From the NCBI GenBank assembly GCA_965228855.1, contig CBDDIJ010000003.1:2880001-2944000 (forward strand): a stretch of 64,000 nt of DNA, read 5' to 3'. Below are positions 10,732 through 19,300 of this stretch, piece after piece. The notes under the pieces are model-generated. The model was not told the origin of the DNA and made no database searches. It saw nothing but the letters and a program-made list of their open reading frames with translations. Numbering within the stretch: position 1 is the first letter of the stretch; every line of letters starts with the position of its first letter. The DNA comes from Candidatus Obscuribacterales bacterium (GTDB taxonomy: Bacteria; Cyanobacteriota; Vampirovibrionia; Obscuribacterales; Obscuribacteraceae). A program made the translations under genes and the position numbers.

Positions 10732-10969
10732 GCCTCCCTGAAAAGGCTACTATCAAATTTAGGACAAGCCAAACCTGTAGAAGCTTCCACAGAGATGCTT
10801 TCAGGGATTCGCCTCTCAGAACGGCTACGCTTTGTCTATCCTGCTATGCCGCCTCCCCGAAAAGGCTACTATCAAATTTAGGACAAGCCAAACCCGCAGA
10901 GGCTTCCACAGAGATGCTTTCAGGGATTCGCCTCTCAGAACGGCTACGCTTTGTCTATCCTGCTATGCC
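10732..10969. repeat. Head-to-tail tandem repeat, 2 x 119 bp, candidate structured RNA
   Basis: Copies at 10732-10850 and 10851-10969 differ at 4 positions. Internal inverted repeats are present. It lies between convergent genes. Confidence 0.95.
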
Positions 10970-11007
10970 GCTTTTCGCAAATTCCGGCATCGTACGATAG
11001 CCAAAAG

Positions 11008-11589
11008 CTACTCGGCTTTCTCAACCTTCTTGCCGCTGCCGCCGGCAATCTTAACCGGCACGGATCCATCCTCAGCAATCAAAACCTTTTGCAGATATTT
11101 GTGCGGTCTTTCGAAACGCTTCGGAATCTGCCCGGTCAGCTTATCGAGGTGATTGGCTGCCTGCCCCTTTTGATCGTGAAATTCAGACTTCTTCCAAATG
11201 TAATACCAGTTCTTCACGCAGAAATTGAAGAGCTTCGGGTCACGCTTCGAAGACTTCTGCTTCATCAACTTCTTCTCCAGCGCGCTGGAGTAAAGAATGC
11301 GCCCGTCCATGTCGCCAGGCTGCATCTCAAGCGCCTTCTGCAACAACAAAATCGCTCTGTCTGTGTGCCCGAGACGAATCGCTTGCTCGCCCTCGAGTCT
11401 CAAACCATCAGCAGAAACCATTCCGAGTTCAAGCAGCTGGTCCGACATGATATGACCGTTCGAACGTCCAACTTGCGAAGTATCGAAGATGTAGTCGGGG
11501 TCTTTATCCGCCGACTGCGCAGGCGAGCAGCAGAATGCCGCAAGAATCATCATCACCGAGGCTGTTCTAACTTTAGTAATCACTCGCAT
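11008..11589 (-). CDS. Exported TPR-like protein
   Basis: N-terminal signal-like segment ending SPAQS-A; TPR-like segment GHTDRAILLLQKALEMQPGD. Confidence 0.7.
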   Translation of the reverse strand: MRVITKVRTASVMMILAAFCCSPAQSADKDPDYIFDTSQVGRSNGHIMSDQLLELGMVSADGLRLEGEQAIRLGHTDRAILLLQKALEMQPGDMDGRILYSSALEKKLMKQKSSKRDPKLFNFCVKNWYYIWKKSEFHDQKGQAANHLDKLTGQIPKRFERPHKYLQKVLIAEDGSVPVKIAGGSGKKVEKAE

Positions 11590-11641
11590 CTTTGCACCGT
11601 TTCCTTCTGCTATTACTCTATCGATTTAAACTTACTTCGCC

Positions 11642-12367
11642 CTAACAGCAATCATCGCCTTTATGCGCTCCAGCTGCGGCTTTTGCCCCATCAGTTTTCG
11701 GAGACGCCTTTCCATCCGCTGAATTTTTCAAACCTTGAATCGCGCCCTCCACTGAAGGCGCTCCGTAAACGCTACTACCCGCTACGACCACATTCGCTCC
11801 AGCGTCGACAACCAGTTTCACGGTATCGTCATTGATACCACCATCCACCGAAATCAACACATCTTTGAAGCCGGCATCATCAAACATTTTTCGTATGGCA
11901 GCAATCTTCGGCACCACTTCGGAGATAAACTTTTGACCGCCAAACCCTGGGTTCACAGTCATGACGAGAACCAGATCGATGTCTTTCAAGCAATACTTGA
12001 GAGCAGTCTCCGGCGTACCCGGATTCAACGCTACTCCCGCCTTCTTGCCCATACTCCTGATGTGCGAGAGCGTCCGCTGCAAATGCGTCGCAGCCTCGGC
12101 ATGTACTGTTATGTAGTCGGCACCTGCCTTGGCAAATTGCTCTACGTACTCGTCAGGGCGCTCGATCATGAGGTGAACATCAAGCGGCAGTTTCGTCGCA
12201 GGTCGGATGCTTTTTACGACGGGAACGCCGATGGTTATGTTGGGCACGAAGTGTCCATCCATCACATCAACGTGAACCCAATCGGCTCCGCCGGCTTCCG
12301 CACGAGCGATGTCCTCACCGAGCCTGGTGAAATCCGCCGACAATATTGAAGGTGCTACTAGAACCAT
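11642..12367 (-). CDS. rpe: Ribulose-phosphate 3-epimerase
   Basis: APSILSADF, HVDVMDGHFVPN, DVHLM, MTVNPGFGGQKF and VDGGI motifs. Confidence 0.97.
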   Translation of the reverse strand: MVLVAPSILSADFTRLGEDIARAEAGGADWVHVDVMDGHFVPNITIGVPVVKSIRPATKLPLDVHLMIERPDEYVEQFAKAGADYITVHAEAATHLQRTLSHIRSMGKKAGVALNPGTPETALKYCLKDIDLVLVMTVNPGFGGQKFISEVVPKIAAIRKMFDDAGFKDVLISVDGGINDDTVKLVVDAGANVVVAGSSVYGAPSVEGAIQGLKNSADGKASPKTDGAKAAAGAHKGDDCC

Positions 12368-12730
12368 CTCTCAGTCACTACCAGTGATACCAGAACTCGC
12401 GAAACCTCTTGAGAACAACAATTCAGCAAGGCTCCGCGCCAGCGTTATCATGACTACCGCGCTCGCGATGGTCAAGTGGAAGTGTCCAAGCTTCCGAGGG
12501 TGTTTCTGAAAATTTCCTCATACGCAAGCGTCTCGAACAATCGAAACGCTCGCCTCTCCACACTTTAAACAGCCACAGACAATTGCAAGAAACCCTTGAA
12601 ACACCGGCTTAAAAAGTACTCACAGAAGACAAGAATTGAAACCAGATCTCATTCTTAAGTTCCGAAAGTCGCGCGCCTCTGGAAAGTATAGTTATATAGA
12701 TCCCAACGGCGTACACAAGAGGATTCACCG

Positions 12731-13852
12731 ATGCCGCATCTCAAGCTTACTGAAGAGCGCGAACAGTTCAGACAAGTCGCGCGCGATTTCACCGAGGGTG
12801 AAATCAAGCCCAAAGCTGCGGAGTACGATTCCAGCGGAAAGTTTCCAGCCGCTATCTTTGAAGAGGCGTGGAAAACTGGTCTCGTGAACTTTCAGATTCC
12901 AGAACGCATGGGCGGGTTGGAACTGGATGCCCTTTCATCGTGCCTTATCCTCGAGGAGCTAGCAGCTGGCTGCTCCGGTATCGGAGGAGTGATCGAAGCC
13001 AGCACTATCGCTCAATTGCCGGTGGTGATGTTCGGCAATCGCGACTTGAAAGAAACATATCTGCAGAGCCTCCTGGACAAACCTCAAGTAGCCGGTTACG
13101 CAAGCTATGACACCACCAGTGATGACCTGGCGCTTCGCATACGCGGAGAAGATTACGTATTGGAAGGTCATCACGACCTGGTTGTAAACGGTGGAGAAGC
13201 CGCCTGGTACCTGGTAAACGTCAAAGATCCACAGAAGGGCAATCGAACTGTTTTCATCGTACCTGCAAATGCAGAGGGTCTAAAGTTCGAAGATAAGGCT
13301 TTTGCTCTCGGACGAAAGGCTAGAGTCGCTCGCAGAGCAACATTCTCAAACGTTCGACTGACCAGCGATCACATCGTTGGGAACGAAGGACAGGGAGATT
13401 TGATCAGAACTAAAACCTGGCCGCATATCTGCTGTTTTATCGCAGCAGGCGCCACCGGAGTGGCTCGCAGTGCGATGCAACACGCTATAGCCTATTCAAA
13501 AGAGCGCAAAACATTCGGAAGACCGATTTCACAGCACCAGGGTCTTGCATTCATGCTCGCAGACATGGCACGCGAAATCGAGGCAGCTCGCCTGCTCACA
13601 TGGCAAGCAGCATACCTGCTCGATCAGGGAGAAAACGCATTAGACCTTGCACTTTCAGCAAAGGCATTCGCTCAAGACGTAGCCATGAGGGTGACCACGG
13701 ATGCCGTTCAGGTATACGGCGGTTACGGATATACCAAAGAGTATCCTGTAGAAAAATTGATGCGAGACGCCAAGCAATACCAGATCGCAGAGCAAACCTC
13801 ACTGCAATCGAAAGTCGCTCTGGCGCGCAATCTCGTAATGTCGGGCAGATGA
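12731..13852 (+). CDS. Acyl-CoA dehydrogenase family protein (divergent)
   Basis: ACAD N-terminus, RKTFGRPI.HQ..FMLADM and DAVQVYGGYGYTKEYPVEKLMRDAK. Confidence 0.9.
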   Translation: MPHLKLTEEREQFRQVARDFTEGEIKPKAAEYDSSGKFPAAIFEEAWKTGLVNFQIPERMGGLELDALSSCLILEELAAGCSGIGGVIEASTIAQLPVVMFGNRDLKETYLQSLLDKPQVAGYASYDTTSDDLALRIRGEDYVLEGHHDLVVNGGEAAWYLVNVKDPQKGNRTVFIVPANAEGLKFEDKAFALGRKARVARRATFSNVRLTSDHIVGNEGQGDLIRTKTWPHICCFIAAGATGVARSAMQHAIAYSKERKTFGRPISQHQGLAFMLADMAREIEAARLLTWQAAYLLDQGENALDLALSAKAFAQDVAMRVTTDAVQVYGGYGYTKEYPVEKLMRDAKQYQIAEQTSLQSKVALARNLVMSGR

Positions 13853-14115
13853 AGGAACGCCTGCAAAAAGGGCAGCTTCTAGTAGTAAAAGTTGCTCCGC
13901 TGTACGAGAAAGAATATTTCTATCAAATTACCAGCGCTGGTGAAAAACTGGTGCGCGCCGATCTGTTTCACTCACCCAAAGTGAAGAAGAACTGGACCAT
14001 AGAAGAGCTGGAAATCCTGATGGAACATGGCATTGTCCGGGTGGCACGCGATGATGAAAAACCACCGGAGCCACCGTCCGCGGCAATCCAAACTGAAAGT
14101 GACGATGACGACTGA
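13849..14115 (+). CDS. Small hypothetical protein, translationally coupled to the ACAD gene
   Basis: ATGA overlap at 13849-13852; 88 aa with an acidic tail. Confidence 0.65.
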   Translation: MKERLQKGQLLVVKVAPLYEKEYFYQITSAGEKLVRADLFHSPKVKKNWTIEELEILMEHGIVRVARDDEKPPEPPSAAIQTESDDDD

Positions 14116-14151
14116 TCGGCACGGCACCGTATTTAGTATCAATTGCACAAA

Positions 14152-14733
14152 CTAAGACTTGTCGACTTTCGACTTCGACGTCTTCTTTCGCTTCTTTGAT
14201 TTCGTCTTTTTGTTTTTCGCGTCCGCTGCTTTCTTGTCGGCGGCAGCCTTCTTCGCAGCAGCAACCTTGCGCGCCTCTTCTTCAGGCGTCGGCGTAGAGT
14301 CGATAATCACGACCTGATCGTCAGGCATCTTCTTAACTTCAGGAAGGTGAATTGAAGAAGCTTTCTGTTGGAAAAACTGAAACATCTGCTCCATTGGAAT
14401 TCGCGTCTCTTTGAATTTTCCGGGAAAGACCATCTCCAGACTAAATTGAAGAGCGACGTAAAACAGCCCTGTTGCGACGAATAGATAGAGCGCGTTTACG
14501 AAAACAAAACGCGAGCCCCTCTCTAATTCATGTGAGCGTCGCGAACGTCGAAATCGCGCGACCGTAATCAACTCATCAAGACGGCGCGTAATGTCAGCCG
14601 GTCGGAATCCGCCCCGCAAGCCGCCTCCGACCTTGCCCATCGAATCGATCGTGACATGGCGGCCGCAAACCACACAAAACTTGAGTCCGAGGTTGAGTTT
14701 AGCTCCACAATAAGGACAGGTCGCTGCAGACAT
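14152..14733 (-). CDS. Zinc-ribbon single-TM protein with a Lys-rich C-terminus
   Basis: CPYCG...CVVCG, one TM helix, basic tail. Confidence 0.75.
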   Translation of the reverse strand: MSAATCPYCGAKLNLGLKFCVVCGRHVTIDSMGKVGGGLRGGFRPADITRRLDELITVARFRRSRRSHELERGSRFVFVNALYLFVATGLFYVALQFSLEMVFPGKFKETRIPMEQMFQFFQQKASSIHLPEVKKMPDDQVVIIDSTPTPEEEARKVAAAKKAAADKKAADAKNKKTKSKKRKKTSKSKVDKS

Positions 14734-14859
14734 TTATCGGCTCAAATCAAAATTTCCAAAAGAAGACAAGCAGTCACTGGCTTCGTTCTATATTACATTG
14801 TCAAAACGCCTTTGCCCACAAGCAACGGCTCATACAAACACCGGACAGGATTTTAAAAA

Positions 14860-15105
14860 CTAGTCTTTCCCACCAGGAGCGTAGCGACTGAACATCTCAG
14901 AGATGGATTGCTTGTCGTGTGCGAGCGTGTCCTGCTTGGCGTTAAGCTGAATGATGCGCTCCTTCAGCTCCTCGATTTGCTGTTCAATCACCTTGACTTC
15001 CTCGGTGATCTCCGTTTCCGTCAGAGTAAGAGCGTCCGATAGGGTTTGAAATGCATTCTCAAGCTCGCTCTCTGCCAAGGATCTGTCCCCCAAAACCGCT
15101 GTCAC
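14860..15105 (-). CDS. Small coiled-coil protein
   Basis: 81-aa heptad-rich ORF, co-oriented with cysE. Confidence 0.6.
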   Translation of the reverse strand: MTAVLGDRSLAESELENAFQTLSDALTLTETEITEEVKVIEQQIEELKERIIQLNAKQDTLAHDKQSISEMFSRYAPGGKD

Positions 15106-15176
15106 CGACTTATTTTACTCTGTTCTCTTTTTCGAACAGAATAAAGTGTTCTCGAAAGTAACACTACTGCATTTCG

Positions 15177-15935
15177 TTAGATACCCGCTCCCTGAAGAAA
15201 AACATCAACGGGATCAGAATCATCATCATTATCGCCTTTGTTTTCATCGCCGAGATCGGCTTGAGCGGTTTGATTTGAAAGAGGCGACGCTTCTTTCAGC
15301 GAATTCAAACTCTTCTCAAGCGAGTCTATACGCTGCTTCAGACGTTTAATAGCTTCCGCTTCAGGATCGGGAGTCTTGTCGTCGACACGCTTTCCGTCCT
15401 TGTAGATAATCCGACCTGGAACTCCGACAACGATAGAATTATCGGGCACATCCTTGAGCACAATCGACCCAGACGCGACCCTTACGTTGTTGCCAACCAC
15501 TATGTCGCCCTGAATCTCAGCACCGCTACCGACAATGACTTCATTTTTCAAAGTCGGATGGCGCTTGCGCCCGCGTGTCTGCTCGCCCTGCCGCGCCTCC
15601 GCACCAGCGCCCAGCGTAACTCCCTGATAAAGAAAACAATCGTCTCCAATAACGGTTGTTTCGCCAATCACAACACCCATGCCGTGGTCGATGACGAAAC
15701 GCCTGCCAATCGTTGCACCTGGATGAATTTCAATGCCGGTAATCATGCGGGCGAACTGCGATATGCAACGAGCCAGCGTAAACTGCTCCTGTTTGTAGAA
15801 AACATTTGCGACTCGATACATAGTCACGGCATGAAAGCCCGGGTAGCAGAGATAAACCTCCAGCATGCTGCGAGCTGCGGGGTCTTTTTCGAGAATGGTC
15901 TCGGCTGTTTCTTGAATTAAACTCCAGTCGATCAC
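15177..15935 (-). CDS. cysE: Serine O-acetyltransferase
   Basis: DPAARS..EV.LCYPG, TGIEIHPGATIG, IDHGMGVVIGET and KRHPT motifs. Confidence 0.95.
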   Translation of the reverse strand: MIDWSLIQETAETILEKDPAARSMLEVYLCYPGFHAVTMYRVANVFYKQEQFTLARCISQFARMITGIEIHPGATIGRRFVIDHGMGVVIGETTVIGDDCFLYQGVTLGAGAEARQGEQTRGRKRHPTLKNEVIVGSGAEIQGDIVVGNNVRVASGSIVLKDVPDNSIVVGVPGRIIYKDGKRVDDKTPDPEAEAIKRLKQRIDSLEKSLNSLKEASPLSNQTAQADLGDENKGDNDDDSDPVDVFLQGAGI

Positions 15936-16335
15936 TGAGAGTTCTCCTGGTTCTGATATTGCGGATGGCTGTTTCGGCTCGTCGGTTTAAAGCTTACACC
16001 TGACGAATCCCTCCGCACATCTTACCAATACGGCTTTTGCGCCAATAGTCGCGCGTTTTAAGGTTTAAAAACAGGTTCGTGCAGGGTATCTAAGAGAATA
16101 GAGATCAGAAGATCATTAATTCTGACGTTCCTTTACATATTGATGGCGACGCATACGTATTTTCCCCATGTAAAACGGTCGGTTTGCCGGTATTCTGGGA
16201 AAAATTCCTCTTTGCATCTGTCCAAAATCCAGCCCAACCGGATAGATGCGTTCACGAGACCATTACCAAACCGGACTCGAAACCCAGCCAGAAGGGCAAT
16301 AACTGGAATAAGCGGCGGCAACCAACTGAAATCCT

Positions 16336-19300
16336 ATGTCTTCCCGTACAAGCGATTTATTGAAAGATAGCAAGCCGGAGCATCACGACTCCGGCTCTGA
16401 CGCGAATGCGCAGCCGTTATCTTTGACTTCGGTTTCTGATAAACCGAAATCGTCGCCTGCGCCGGCAAAAACAGACGTCGCCGCCGCCACGCCTGCCGCA
16501 GAAAAGCCCGCAGCGCCCACCCTTTCGACCGCTTCCTTGTTCACCGCCAGTCTCGCCAAGCCGACAGCCGCCGCCCCGATGTCGAAATTGGCTTCTCTGG
16601 TCAGTACCAACAACGAAGCCCAAACGAGATTCGAAGAGAAGAAAAGCGCCAATGTGTTCGAGCGCTTCGGAATGGGCGCAGTCGAAAACCTCAAAGGTCA
16701 GGCCCAGGGTCTGTCGGAGATGGCATTCGGCAAGCGCGACACCATGGACGAGCTCAACTCGACGTTGACCGGTAAGAAAACCGGCAACGAGCATGCCCTT
16801 ATAAATGTAACTAAAACGACCCTGACGGTCGGAGGCGTTGTCAAAGACCTGGCCGCCGACACCGTGGGACTCGGCGACGGCAAAACATCCGCCGCGCTCA
16901 GCCGAGCTATCACCAAAGCCAAAGATGATTTCAGCAAAGGCTCGCTCGGTGACAAAGCCGAGATGGCCGGTTCCGCATTCGCATTCCTCGGCACTCTTGC
17001 CATAGGTGGCGGCGGAACAGCAAAAGGCACCGCTGGTTTGGCGACCGACGTCAGAGCGATGCGCACCTTGATTCAAACAGAGAAACAGACCGCAGCTTTG
17101 ACTGAAGCTGTCAGCGGTATGAGAGCTCTAAGAGCGACAGAGAAAGTTGTCGCAGCCGTCGACCGCATGGCAGTCGCCGGAGGCGACGACCTCACAAGAG
17201 TTGCGGCAACTACAGCCAAGACGACCACAGTGGCACAGCCCGGAACCTTCACGCGTGCCTTCTCGTGGATGCGCGAAGAGGCAAGATCTCTCGCCAATAC
17301 CTTTGTCATGCCTGGAATGGAGCCGGCCTTGGCAGGCGGCGCGCCGATGCGCCTGTCGTCGCGCACGATTCCGACTCTCGAAAGAGCCCCGGGCACGATT
17401 CTCAGAGCGCCGGTTGAAGATGCAGCTCTCGCGGGCAAGAAGCTCGGCGCGACACCGCTATCCCGCATCGGCGGCACCGCCGACAACCTGGTACCCGGCG
17501 TCACCCGCACGGAAGTTAAGCTTCCGGGTCTTGTCGCTGACGCCAAGGGCACAGTGCCAAGACACGTAGAGGTCCCGACGCTCCGCCCGCACGCTGACGT
17601 TCCAACGGTCAGACCTGTTGGCGAAGCGCCGTCGGTTAGCATCACTCACGTCGAAGTTCCACCGGCCAAAGTCACAGGAGCTGTCGAAGTTCCACCTGTA
17701 AAGGCGCACGGCGTTGAGGTCAAAGCACCACACCGCGTCGAAACCCCTGCCGAAATTCCGTCAGCAAAATTGCCAAAAACAGGCGAGAACGTCGTCGACG
17801 ATGTCGCAACCAGAAAGCCGGCAACCACGGACGCGAAGGTCGCGCCGAAAACCGGCGAAACAGTCGTTCCGCCCGCTGGTGAAACAAAAATTGTCCCGCC
17901 CGCAGGTGAAACCAAAATCGTCCCGCCCGCTGGTGAGACCAGAATCGTTCCGCCCGCCGGTGAGACCAAAATCGTTCCGCCCGCTGGTGAAACCAAAATC
18001 GTCCCGCCCGCCGGTGAAACCAAAATCGTCCCACCCGCCGGTGAAACCAAAATCGTCCCACCCGCTGGTGAAACCAAAATCGTCGCTCCGACTGAAGTGT
18101 CGGCTCCCCGAGTTCCGGGCGCTAGCCACGTTGACGACGTCAAACCGCCAGTCTCACGTCTGGAAGATGCCAGCGCCGCTCCGAAAGCGCCTGCTTCCGT
18201 CATCGACGATGTTAAAACCGCACCGAAGACACCAGCAACGATCGTTGATGATGCGACGGCAGCACCGAAGACACCCGGCGCGAGAACCAATGCAGTCGAG
18301 CCGTTGAATCCTGCTGAGCGTCCGGCAGTCAAGCCGAGCGAAGTGCGCCCCACCGAAGTTAAGCCAGCAGAAGTTCGCGCTGTTGAAACGCCAGCTGTCG
18401 AAATTCGTCCGCTTGAAGTGCCTCCGTCTGCGGTGGCGCCGAAGCTGGAAGCCGGAGTCGCAAAATCCGTCGAAAACGTCGACCAGAGAATTGCTCGCAT
18501 CACCGAGAACCTGGCTGGACCGGAAGCTGCCGCCGTGAGAGAAAACCTCACGGTTCTGCAGACCAACACCCGCCAGCTGGTGAACTCGGCTGACGATGCC
18601 GCGAAAGTGAACGCAAATATCGATCAAGCTCTCAGAAATCTTGAAGTCGCCGTCGGCAAAAATCCTGTCGCAGACGATGTTGCAAAACTGGCTCGCGAAA
18701 CTCGCGAACTGCAGACTACGGTTAGCACTTCGCGGAACCTGGCGGTCGTCGAAAAGAACTCGCAGGTGCTTGTACAAACCGGCGATGACATCGCCCGTGA
18801 GATAACGGCGATCGGACCCAAAGCTGGTCCAGCAGCAGCTGACGATGTTAAAGAAATAGCTCGTCTCGGTCAAAATCTCGGCAAGGGCGCTGACGATCTG
18901 GTCATCGTCAAACAGATCAACGAACGCGTCTCCAACATCGCCCGGACCGGCGGACAGGATGTCGCCGACGATATCGCTCGCGCGCTCAAACCGAGTCTCC
19001 AAAAGGCCGAGGGCGCAGCACTCGAATCTGCAACAGCTAAAGCCGCTACAAAACTAGAACAGCGCGTCACTGCTCTGACGGAGAAAATGGCCGGACCTGA
19101 ATCGGCATTGGCTCGCCAGGACGTCGCCACCATTCAACGCAACGTTCAAAAGTTGCTTAGCGGCACGGATGAAGCGGCGGCGACAAGAAACATCGAACGC
19201 GCACTCACCGACTTGAGAAACAGTGGTGGCAATTCCAAGTATGCTGACGACATTACAAAGTTGACACAAGAGACCCGTGAAGTTCAGCAAGCAGTCAGCG

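Noticed and set aside
10732..10850. TPP riboswitch resemblance (CUGAGA...CCCUGAA...AGGGA on the minus strand)
   Set aside because: It lacks the ACCUGAUC/UAAU/GCG pyrophosphate-sensor arm and is not 5' of a gene.
10832..11835. Plus-strand ORFs starting inside the 119-bp repeat (106 and 294 aa)
   Set aside because: The TTG starts come from the repeat itself, have no RBS, and the ORFs run antisense over real genes.
17863..18078. CRISPR-like periodicity
   Set aside because: The units are contiguous and in frame, with no spacers and no cas genes.
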